Origin: Chloroflexota bacterium
Lineage (GTDB): Bacteria; Chloroflexota; Chloroflexia; QHBQ01
Length of the DNA stretch: 23,202 bases
Assembly: GCA_043754535.1 (NCBI GenBank)
Contig: JAYUUN010000113.1
Coordinates: 62,001-85,202 of the forward strand
Reading direction: 5' to 3'
The position numbers and the translations under genes were made by a program. Within the stretch, counting starts at the first letter, position 1, and every line of letters begins with the position of its first letter. The notes beneath the pieces are model-generated. The model saw only the letters and a list, made by a program, of their open reading frames with translations, was not told the DNA's origin and did not search any database. Positions 15,630 through 23,202 of the stretch are shown piece by piece.

Positions 15630-17147
15630 CTAGCGGCTACCGACCAGGGTCAGGGCTTCGCTCAACTCCTGTTCGCGCTGGCCGACCACGTCGATCTCCT
15701 CTGGGTCTTCCCGTGCGCCCTCAAGGGCCAGCTTGCTGGTGGTGAACTTGAGGGACACCGGGTAGTCGCCATTGAAGCAGGCCATGCAGTGGGTATTGTG
15801 CGGCAGGCCGACCGCCCGTTGCAGCCCAGGGATGCTGAGGTAGCCGAGGCTGTCAGCCCCGATGTGCTGGCGAATCTGGTCTACCGTCATGTTGGCAGCG
15901 ATCAGTTCCTTGCGCGTAGCGGTATCTACGCCAAGATAGCAAGGATTGAGCATGGCAGGCGAGTGGATACGCACGTGTATCTCTTTCGCGCCCGCTTTGC
16001 GTAGCAGGGCAACGATGGGCGGCGTGGTTGTGCCGCGCACGATGCTATCATCCACCACCACCACCCGCTTGCCACGCAGCACCTCTGGCAGGGTGTTGAA
16101 CTTGAGGGCTACCCCCTGGCTGCGTAGCTGCTGGTTGGGCTGGATGAAGGTGCGGCCAATATAGCGGTTCTTGACCAGCCCCTCGGCGAAGGGGATACCC
16201 GCCTCTTGGGCGAAGCCAATCGCAGCAGGCCACGCGCTGTCTGGCACGGGGATCACCACGTCAGCCGCGACCGGGTGTTCCTGGGCAAGGATGCGGCCCA
16301 TCTGTTGGCGCACCATGTAGACCGACTTGCCGTTGATCACGCTATCGGGGCGGGCAAAGTAGATATACTCAAAGGAGCAGAGGGCTTTGCGCTCCACCCG
16401 CAGCAGCGAGTCGCTGTGCAGGCCGTTCTCGTCGAGGATCAAGATTTCGCCGGGGTCAACCTCGCGCTCGGTCTCCGCGCCGACCGTTTGCAAGGCACAA
16501 GACTCGCTGGCGACTACCCAGCCCTCCCCCAGCCTGCCAAAGCAGAGCGGGCGCACGCCGAGGGGGTCGCGCACGGCATAGAGGGCAGCGGGGGTGAGGA
16601 TGACCAGCGAGTAGGCACCAGAGAGGCGGGGCAGGGCAGCCTTGATCTTCGCCAACCAGGTCGCGCCGGGGGTGTCTACGATCAGCTTGCCGATCACTTC
16701 GCTGTCGGTGGTGCAATTGAACTTGTAGCCCTGCTCGTCCAGTTCGGAGCGCAGGTAGTGAGCGTTGACCACGTTGCCGTTGTGCGCGATAGCCATCTCG
16801 CCCAAGACCGGGTCGCGGACGACGAGCGGTTGGGCGTTGGCGACCACGCTACTACCAGTGGTCGAGTAGCGGGTGTGGCCGATAGCCAGGTGGCCGCTAA
16901 GCTGCTGCAAGTCCTCCTCGCCGAAGCTCTGGGCGACCAGACCCATGTGGGTGCGTACCTTAAGCTGGGGCGAGCCGTCGGTGGTGGCGATGCCCGCGCT
17001 CTCTTGGCCGCGATGTTGCAGGGCGTAGAGGCCGAAGAAGGTCAGGCGGGCCACATCAAGCTCGTGCTGGGGGTCGTAGATGCCGAACACGCCGCACTCC
17101 TCGTGCAGCTTGTCGTCCTCAAACTGGCTAAGATCATACTCGTTCAC
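15630..17147 (-). CDS. purF: Amidophosphoribosyltransferase, 505 aa
   Basis: Propeptide then HEE-CGVFG (N-terminal nucleophile Cys), QHRGQE, GHTRYST, HNGN, VVVDDSIVRGTT, Fe-S-type Cys (CSFE, PCYLG, CMAC). SD AAGGGAG. Confidence 0.97.
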   Translation of the reverse strand: MNEYDLSQFEDDKLHEECGVFGIYDPQHELDVARLTFFGLYALQHRGQESAGIATTDGSPQLKVRTHMGLVAQSFGEEDLQQLSGHLAIGHTRYSTTGSSVVANAQPLVVRDPVLGEMAIAHNGNVVNAHYLRSELDEQGYKFNCTTDSEVIGKLIVDTPGATWLAKIKAALPRLSGAYSLVILTPAALYAVRDPLGVRPLCFGRLGEGWVVASESCALQTVGAETEREVDPGEILILDENGLHSDSLLRVERKALCSFEYIYFARPDSVINGKSVYMVRQQMGRILAQEHPVAADVVIPVPDSAWPAAIGFAQEAGIPFAEGLVKNRYIGRTFIQPNQQLRSQGVALKFNTLPEVLRGKRVVVVDDSIVRGTTTPPIVALLRKAGAKEIHVRIHSPAMLNPCYLGVDTATRKELIAANMTVDQIRQHIGADSLGYLSIPGLQRAVGLPHNTHCMACFNGDYPVSLKFTTSKLALEGAREDPEEIDVVGQREQELSEALTLVGSR

Positions 17148-17192
17148 TAGCTACTCCCTTGATCCATCTAAGTGCAAGCTGATGTACAAACA

Positions 17193-17597
17193 CTAATCTT
17201 TATCATCTGTCGCGTGGTCGCGGTAGGTTCGCCATTGTTGCAAACCCACGCTTGGATTGTTGTCGAAGTGGATAAACTCGCCGCCCTCGGTGTCCACTGC
17301 CGACCAGCCAGTGGCAGCGCAAATCGCGGCAAGTACGCTAATCACTTCGTCACCCCCACGCATATGGAGCATTACACTCTCAACAGGGTCATCCTTACCA
17401 ATGTTAAACTCGATTGAATAGTCGGCAGCCTCAAGTTCGCCCCAGGTCGGGTCGCTAAAGTCAGCAGTGGAGCAGACTGCCTGCAAGCGGCTGACCACCT
17501 CAGCCAAAGGGCCAAGCGGCTGAGGCTCAACATCGTCTAGCTCATCAAAAGTGGTAATACCCTCTGGCACGTGCAGCAGCAATACATCCCAACTCAT
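17193..17597 (-). CDS. Acidic hypothetical protein, 134 aa
   Basis: SD AGAGGAG plus ATG. Globular-looking sequence (MSWDV...DFSDPTWGEL...SIEFNIG...LHMRGG...GWSAVD); visibly lower GC than its neighbours. Confidence 0.8.
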   Translation of the reverse strand: MSWDVLLLHVPEGITTFDELDDVEPQPLGPLAEVVSRLQAVCSTADFSDPTWGELEAADYSIEFNIGKDDPVESVMLHMRGGDEVISVLAAICAATGWSAVDTEGGEFIHFDNNPSVGLQQWRTYRDHATDDKD

Positions 17598-17659
17598 ATA
17601 GTCGCTCCTCTAACCAGCGCAGGCGCACCATAGAGTGCGCCCGCTTGCTTTACTGCTAA

Positions 17660-17917
17660 CTAGTTTTCCGCTTGCTCGTCTGCGTGCTGGCTGCGGTGCA
17701 ACCCCGACTGGCCGTCAGGGGTGGCTTCTAGCTGGGCAGCGGCCTGCTGCACCAGCCGCCCGAAGCTAGATTCGTTCAGGGCGAGGCCGTCATCCTGCTG
17801 GCGGCTGTAACCCAGTTTCGGCTGAGCCACCTGGGGCATTGGGGGAGGGGGAACTGCCTTCTTCTCGCGTGGCTTGGGGGTAAAGGGACGGTCGGGGGTG
17901 AACTTGCTATACTTCAT
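17660..17917 (-). CDS. Small Pro-rich, probably disordered hypothetical protein, 85 aa
   Basis: ATG at 17917 with AAAGG upstream; MKYSKFTPDRPFTPKPREKKAVPPPPMP... Confidence 0.5.
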   Translation of the reverse strand: MKYSKFTPDRPFTPKPREKKAVPPPPMPQVAQPKLGYSRQQDDGLALNESSFGRLVQQAAAQLEATPDGQSGLHRSQHADEQAEN

Positions 17918-18213
17918 GGGGCTACCTTTATCTTTCCATCTTCTATGATTAGTGATTGTGGTTCTTAGTAAACGCGCAAATCGCTGGCTCCTCTGCCGCA
18001 TCAAAAGGGTTGGAGACAGCCATTAGCTCCTGCTTGCGCGTAGCAGTCTCAGCTTTACAAGCTAGCTGAACCGCAACTGCTGCCCGCATCGTGCGCTCCT
18101 GTTCAGCCTACATAGGAGGGGAGTCCCCTCTAGCTGCCGCCGTGTAAGCTATTTGTGAGCCAATACACATCCCCAGCCTTCGCATTAAGTGTACCACACA
18201 GGGGGGAGGGCGA

Positions 18214-20487
18214 TCAAATATCGCCGTAGGCCTGATGCAGGTCAGCGAGAGAGAGGTCGAGCAGGCGGCTGTCGCCCTGGGGGTCGTCGAACGAGCGCAC
18301 CTGGAGGCGCGGGGCGGCGGTCACTTCACCGATATTGTAGATCGAGATGTCGAACTCGCTGCACAGGTCTACGAAGGGGCGGAGGTCGTCGTTGCTCACT
18401 TCGCAGAGGATGCGCCCGGCCCACTCGCCGAACAGCACCGAGGTTGCGGTGCAATAGTCGGACTCGTCGAACAGGTAGCCCGCCCAGACTTCTGCGCCGA
18501 GGCCGCCGCCCACGCACATTTCGCTGAGGGTGACGGCTACGCCCCCCTCACTGCAATCGTGGCCCGCGTGGATGTAGCCTGCAGCGGCGGCCTTGAGGTA
18601 GCACTTGTAGAGGTTGGCTTCGTGGGCAGCATCTAGTGAGGCTGGCCGACCATGGGGCTGGCCGAGCAGCATGGTGGCGTACTCGCTCCCCCCCAGCCCG
18701 TCACCCTCGCTGGGCCGTTGCAGGCCGAGCAGCACGATCTGGTGGCCTGCGTGCTTGAGGCCGAGGCTGATCGCCTTGCTAGCGTCGGGCAAGAGGCCCG
18801 CCATGCCCACAACTGGGGTGGGGTAGACGGCCACGCCGCTGGTTTCGTTGTAAAGGCTGACATTGCCGCTGATTACCGGGATGTCGAGGCTGCGGCAAGC
18901 GTCAGCCAGGCCGTGTACCGCCTGCTCAAACTGGTAGAAGACTTCGGGGTTCTCTGGGCTGCCGAAGTTGAGGCAGTCGGTGACGGCAAGCGGGGTCGCG
19001 CCAACACAAACCACGTTGCGGGCAGCCTCGGCCACCGCCAGTTGGCCGCCACGATAGGGGTCGAGATAGCAGTAGACGCTGTTGCAGTCGGTGCTGAAGG
19101 CCAGAGCCGCCTGCGACCCCCAATCCTTGAGCCGCACTACGGCAGCGTCGCCCTGACCAGGGGGCAGGACGGTATTGCTCTGGATCGTGTGGTCATACTG
19201 GTGGTAGATGCTACCCTTGCTCCGCAGGTTGGGCTGGGCAAGGAGCCTGAGCAGGGCTGCGCTGTAGTCGGGATCGCGGGGGAGGGCCGCCGCCAGGTCG
19301 AAGGCAGCCTCTGCGTCGAGGTAGGCAGGGCGGCGGCTGGGCCGCTGGTAGACTGGTACTTCGTCGGTCAGGATGTGGGCGGGGATGGCCGCTACCTCGC
19401 GGCCCGCGTCCACGATGCGTACCAGCCCGTCGTCCGTCACCTCGCCGACAATATCGGAGTGCAAGTCCCAGCGGTCGCAGATCGCCTTGACTGCGGCCTC
19501 ACGCCCGCGCTTGACCACAATCAGCATACGCTCCTGACTCTCGCTCAACATCACCTCGTAGGCGGTCATGCCGCTCTCACGGCGGCTCACCCGGTCTGTG
19601 TGCAGGATTACGCCAGCCCCCCCGCGACTGGCGCATTCTACGCTGCTGCTGGTCAGGCCTGCCGCGCCCAGGTCTTGCATACCCACAATGTGGTCAGTCT
19701 TTGCCAGTTCGAGGCAGGCTTCGAGCAGCAGCTTCTCCAAAAAGGGGTTGCCGACCTGCACTGCGGGCCGCTTCTGCTCGTTGTCCTGCGCCAACACGTC
19801 GCTGGCGAAGGTCGCGCCGTGGATGCCGTCGCGTCCAGTATCGGCTCCGACCAGCATCAGGCTGTTGCCGACCCCGCTAGCCGCCGCCAGGATGATCTCC
19901 TCCTGTCGGGCCACACCCGCGCACATCGCATTGACCAGGGGATTATCGGCGTAGGGGGCGGCGAAGTAGACCTCGCCGCCGACGGTGGGGATGCCAATGC
20001 AGTTGCCGTAGCCACCAATGCCCGCCACCACGCCGTTGAGCAGGTAGGAGGTGCGGCCCACATCTGGCAGGCCGAAGCGCAGCGAATTGAGCAAGGCGAT
20101 GGGCCGTGCGCCCATAGTGAAGATGTCGCGGATGATGCCGCCTACACCGGTGGCCGCTCCCTGGTAGGGTTCGACCGCCGAGGGGTGGTTGTGCGACTCG
20201 ATCTTCATCACCAGAGCCAGCCCCTCACCAATGTCTAGCACGCCCGCATTCTCGCCCGGCCCCTGGATTACGCGGGGGCCAGTGGTGGGGAACAGCTTGA
20301 GCAGCGGTTTGGACGACTTGTAGCCGCAATGCTCGCTCCACATCGCCCCGGTCATCGCCAGTTCGACGAGGGTGGGTTGGCGGCCCAGCTTCTCGACCAG
20401 CAGCCCGTACTCGCTGCGGCTGAGGGCAACTTCGGCTAGCAGGCGGTCATCAATCTGGCTGTCGGCAATCGGCAAATCGGCGGTCAA
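18214..20487 (-). CDS. purL: Phosphoribosylformylglycinamidine synthase subunit PurL (small type)
   Basis: MWSEHCGYKSS, GPGENAG, KIESHNHPS, GVGGIIRDI, QDLGAAGL, LSESQERM, DCLNFGSPE, SGNVSLYN, HDCSEGG. TTG at 20487 is preferred because of the SD GGGAG. Confidence 0.97.
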   Translation of the reverse strand: MTADLPIADSQIDDRLLAEVALSRSEYGLLVEKLGRQPTLVELAMTGAMWSEHCGYKSSKPLLKLFPTTGPRVIQGPGENAGVLDIGEGLALVMKIESHNHPSAVEPYQGAATGVGGIIRDIFTMGARPIALLNSLRFGLPDVGRTSYLLNGVVAGIGGYGNCIGIPTVGGEVYFAAPYADNPLVNAMCAGVARQEEIILAAASGVGNSLMLVGADTGRDGIHGATFASDVLAQDNEQKRPAVQVGNPFLEKLLLEACLELAKTDHIVGMQDLGAAGLTSSSVECASRGGAGVILHTDRVSRRESGMTAYEVMLSESQERMLIVVKRGREAAVKAICDRWDLHSDIVGEVTDDGLVRIVDAGREVAAIPAHILTDEVPVYQRPSRRPAYLDAEAAFDLAAALPRDPDYSAALLRLLAQPNLRSKGSIYHQYDHTIQSNTVLPPGQGDAAVVRLKDWGSQAALAFSTDCNSVYCYLDPYRGGQLAVAEAARNVVCVGATPLAVTDCLNFGSPENPEVFYQFEQAVHGLADACRSLDIPVISGNVSLYNETSGVAVYPTPVVGMAGLLPDASKAISLGLKHAGHQIVLLGLQRPSEGDGLGGSEYATMLLGQPHGRPASLDAAHEANLYKCYLKAAAAGYIHAGHDCSEGGVAVTLSEMCVGGGLGAEVWAGYLFDESDYCTATSVLFGEWAGRILCEVSNDDLRPFVDLCSEFDISIYNIGEVTAAPRLQVRSFDDPQGDSRLLDLSLADLHQAYGDI

Positions 20488-20544
20488 AACTTTGCTCTCC
20501 CTCGCTAAAACGAGCAACCGCCCTCGGCGGGCGGGCGCAAGATA

Positions 20545-20553
20545 ATTATAACA
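20545..20553 (-). promoter_or_regulatory. Extended -10 promoter for purL
   Basis: TGtTATAAT on the minus strand, in the short AT-rich gap between the GT87 gene and purL. Confidence 0.65.
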
Positions 20554-20565
20554 TATCTACGTGCT

Positions 20566-21807
20566 TCAGCCGGGGAGGGGCTGCGGCTGGGCTGCGGGCT
20601 GGCGCAACTCGTGGGTCAAGAGGCCCAGGGCGGCAAGCATGGGCAGCAGACTGAGCGGCAGCGTAGCATAGCCAGCCAGGCGCGCCAGCGGCAGCAGCCA
20701 GCCGAGCAACAGCACTACTGTCCAGCGGTCGCGTTGCCCATCGGCCAGCCCGCGCATATGCGCCGCCAGTATGAGGCCGGGTAGCAGCAGCACAGTCAGG
20801 TCGTGGGGTAGCAAGTGGTAGCTGGTTAGCACTGCCCCGATCACCGTAGCAGCAAAGAGTAGCGGCCAGCGTTCGCTTTGTGGGTGCCAACCTGTTCGCT
20901 GCCAAAGCCAGAGCAGCAGTGCCACTGTCGCAGCGGCTAGCAAGAGGAAGGCGATGTTATTGGCAGGCCCAATACCGAACAGGTTGCTGGTCAGCCCCCG
21001 CCACGACTGCATGATGAACGGATTGACCACCGCCAGGCTGGGCCAGTTGCTAGTTTTGAGCAGGATCGTGGCGTACCCCAGCGGCCAGTCGAAGCCAGCA
21101 GCCGGTACAGCCAGCAGGTAGAAGGCAAGTGTAGCAACAGCAAAGCCCTTGACTGCCTGCCAACGGCGCATAAAGACTATTACTAGCAGAAAGAGCGGCA
21201 GCAGCTGCGGCTTGAACAGGAGCAAACCGAGGCTCGCCCCAGCAACAAACTCATTACCACGGATGAACCAGTAGTAAGCAAGACTGAGACCGAGTAGCAG
21301 CAGCAGCGAGGTTTGGCCGAGAAGGAAGGTAGTAAACAGTGGATAGTAAGTGAGAGTTGCCAGGCAGTAGAGAATGAGGTTTGCGCGGCTTAGCCTTTGC
21401 AGGAGGGGTAGAGAACAGTAGAGTTGGTAGATAAGGAAAAGCAGCAGCAAGTTGGTAACGCTCCATACCAGGAACGAGCCACCAAGCCCAAGACCGCCAT
21501 AGATTGGCGCGAAGATTGCGGCCAACAGGGGGGGATGATTAAAGGGCAACAGTTCTTTGTGCAAGAAACCGGCTGAGGTGTTGCTTATCTGCACCCGATC
21601 CTGGGTCGCCAGGTCGTAGAGGTGGGCCGCATCACCGTTGTGCAGAATAGCTGCTCCAGTCATCATTTGGAAGAAGTCGGTGCGGGCAGCATAGCGATCC
21701 ATGCTGCCGCTGCTGCTCACCTGCTGCCAGGTCAGGGTGCCGTAGGCAAGCAGCACGAACAAGAGGAAAGGCAGTAGCAGGCGGGGGCGTAGTGCTGAGG
21801 CTAGCAT
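20566..21807 (-). CDS. GT87/DUF2029-like polytopic membrane glycosyltransferase (GT-C fold), 413 aa
   Basis: TDF...G...LYD, PFNHPP, GQTSLLLL, AG..LGLLLFKPQL, HDL; many hydrophobic segments. ATG directly abuts the purQ stop (TAGATG). Confidence 0.85.
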   Translation of the reverse strand: MLASALRPRLLLPFLLFVLLAYGTLTWQQVSSSGSMDRYAARTDFFQMMTGAAILHNGDAAHLYDLATQDRVQISNTSAGFLHKELLPFNHPPLLAAIFAPIYGGLGLGGSFLVWSVTNLLLLFLIYQLYCSLPLLQRLSRANLILYCLATLTYYPLFTTFLLGQTSLLLLLGLSLAYYWFIRGNEFVAGASLGLLLFKPQLLPLFLLVIVFMRRWQAVKGFAVATLAFYLLAVPAAGFDWPLGYATILLKTSNWPSLAVVNPFIMQSWRGLTSNLFGIGPANNIAFLLLAAATVALLLWLWQRTGWHPQSERWPLLFAATVIGAVLTSYHLLPHDLTVLLLPGLILAAHMRGLADGQRDRWTVVLLLGWLLPLARLAGYATLPLSLLPMLAALGLLTHELRQPAAQPQPLPG

Positions 21808-22503
21808 CTAGCGCACTTCCCCAAAGCTAGCCCGCAGGCTGGCGAAGAAGGGGAGGCCGTCGGCCCCGCCCAACACCGTCTCGGTTGCCCGCTCTGGGTG
21901 GGGCATCAGGCCGAAGACGTTGCCGCGCTCGTTGCAGACCCCCGCCACCCCGCCGACTGAGCCATTCACCTCTACTGCTGCGCCCCCCTCATCGCAGTAG
22001 CGTAGCACCGCCTGCCCGCTCGCTTCCAGGGCGGCCAGTTGCGCTGGGCTAGCGTAGTAGCTGCCATCACCGTGGGCGATAGGCAGGCGGTAGATGCGCC
22101 CGCGCTCCAGCCCTACGGTGAAGGGGGTCGCCTGCGCCGCCTCGTCTACGCGGACGTGAACCCACTCGCACTGGAAGCGCAGGCTGGCGTTACGGCGCAG
22201 CACACCTGGCAGCAGCCCCGCCTCGGTCAGTATCTGGAAGCCATTGCAGATGCCCAGCACAGGGCCGCCCGCCTCGGCGAAGCGGCGCACTGCCGCCATG
22301 ATCGGCGAGAAGCGCGCGATAGCCCCAGCGCGCAGGTGGTCGCCGTAGCTGAAGCCGCCAGGCAATACCAGCGCGTCAAAGCCAGCCACGCTCTCCTCCT
22401 TGTGCCAGATGAACGCTGCCTGTTCGCCCAGCACATGGTCAACCGCGTACTTCGCGTCCGCGTCCCCGTTCGAGCCGGGGAAAACGATCACCCCTACTTT
22501 CAC
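21808..22503 (-). CDS. purQ: Phosphoribosylformylglycinamidine synthase glutaminase subunit PurQ
   Basis: KVGVIVFPGSN, LPGGFSYGD, GICNGFQ (catalytic Cys), PIAHGDG, MPHPER. GTG at 22503 is preferred because of the SD GAGGAGG. Confidence 0.96.
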   Translation of the reverse strand: MKVGVIVFPGSNGDADAKYAVDHVLGEQAAFIWHKEESVAGFDALVLPGGFSYGDHLRAGAIARFSPIMAAVRRFAEAGGPVLGICNGFQILTEAGLLPGVLRRNASLRFQCEWVHVRVDEAAQATPFTVGLERGRIYRLPIAHGDGSYYASPAQLAALEASGQAVLRYCDEGGAAVEVNGSVGGVAGVCNERGNVFGLMPHPERATETVLGGADGLPFFASLRASFGEVR

Positions 22504-22537
22504 CCTCGCCTCCTCAGCTTCAGCCATGCCTGGGCCA

Positions 22538-22546
22538 ATTATACCA
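22538..22546 (-). promoter_or_regulatory. Extended -10 promoter for purQ
   Basis: TGgTATAAT on the minus strand, right after the upstream gene's stop. Confidence 0.65.
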
Positions 22547-22552
22547 CAGCCA

Positions 22553-23202
22553 CTACTTCTTCTGGAAAACCACGGCCAGATCGTCGGCGTAGCCCTTGCG
22601 CCAACCGGCCTCCTTACCCAGGGCGGCGGCCAGTGCGCTGCTACGCGGCAGCAGCACAGTATTGACCTTGTAGCGGTCGAGCAGAGCGGGCCAGTTGGGC
22701 GCGAGACTGGTGATGCTTATATAGTCATCAAACACTGCGCCGCGATATACGTCTACCCGACCATCAATGAAGACGCGATGCTGGGGGTAGAGGCGGTAGA
22801 TCAGGTAGCCCCCCCAGCCGAAGTCGTTGAACAGGCGGGTGTCGCTCGGCAACTGGCTGAGGTAGGTAGCGGCGGCAGCGGGGTAGGGGAAGGTGCCGTC
22901 CAAGCGCGCCTCCCTCTGGGTCTGCGCCCCCGGTGCGGTCAAGATCAGGCCAGCAATCAGCAGCAGACTAACAGTGCCAAGTAGCCAGTTGAACCGCCCT
23001 TCGCCAGCCGGGGCTGCTTCTTCGTCCTCGCGACCGAGCAAAGGCCAGGTCTGAGCCAGCCCGCGGCCCAACAGGGGCAGCACCATCACGGCGTAGAGGG
23101 GGGTAGTGTAGGCACCCTGCAAGCCTAGCCAGGTGAAGGCGACCACGATGCCTAGCTCGGTCAGGTCGAGATAGCGGGTGAGGGCCAGCCGCCAGCGGGT
23201 GC
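22553..23202 (-). CDS. Membrane protein, 3' part only (GT-C-like glycosyltransferase-type C-terminus)
   Basis: The frame is open to the right edge (TRWRLALTRYLDLTELGIVVAF...). TM segments are followed by FP..A..YL...LFNDFGWGGYLIY...VFIDGRVDVY...W..LLDRY. Confidence 0.75.
   Translation of the reverse strand, partial: TRWRLALTRYLDLTELGIVVAFTWLGLQGAYTTPLYAVMVLPLLGRGLAQTWPLLGREDEEAAPAGEGRFNWLLGTVSLLLIAGLILTAPGAQTQREARLDGTFPYPAAAATYLSQLPSDTRLFNDFGWGGYLIYRLYPQHRVFIDGRVDVYRGAVFDDYISITSLAPNWPALLDRYKVNTVLLPRSSALAAALGKEAGWRKGYADDLAVVFQKK

Noticed and set aside
18652..20238. 528-aa plus-strand ORF (also 6283..7128, 16206..17150, 7548..8261, 10465..11184, 12110..12796)
   Set aside because: Antisense shadows of well-supported genes, expected in GC-rich DNA; no motifs.
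20488..20565. Purine or ZTP riboswitch ahead of purL/purQ/purF
   Set aside because: The purL and purQ leaders are too short, and I see no recognisable aptamer consensus ahead of any of the three genes.
22465..22480. PurQ FPGSNGD instead of FPGSNCD as a sign of inactivation
   Set aside because: The catalytic Cys (GICNG) and the His-x-Glu (HPE) are intact.
1..23202. CRISPR array, tRNA/rRNA, IS element, integrase or recognised defence system
   Set aside because: No spaced direct-repeat array, cloverleaf, transposase or recombinase motifs seen; the repeats found are short coding or operator-like repeats.

Overview
GC-rich (roughly 60-63% by eye) bacterial chromosomal segment, most likely Chloroflexota. 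That assignment is an inference from the Kelch/SLH surface protein, the GAAC-N4-GTTC-type SOS box and the many TGnTATAAT promoters. Left to right: the 5' end of a universal stress protein gene; a frameshifted MCP signalling-domain remnant joined head-to-head to a 5'-truncated response regulator (probable deletion scar); a soluble ~7-PAS histidine kinase with a ~325-nt potentially structured leader; a secreted Kelch + Pro/Thr linker + 3xSLH protein; an aldehyde dehydrogenase; a stand-alone IscU/SufU-type protein divergent from a dual-OB-like protein; radA; a double-domain KaiC-like ATPase followed by a single-domain response regulator and a lipoprotein; and a purQ-purL-purF cluster interrupted by a GT87-like glycosyltransferase and small ORFs. 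The window ends inside a GT-C-like membrane protein gene. I found no tRNA/rRNA, CRISPR array or transposase. The most unusual signals are the strong enrichment of the palindrome GCTAGC, the MCP/receiver deletion junction, the KaiC-like/receiver module, the kinase leader and the dual-OB gene beside radA.
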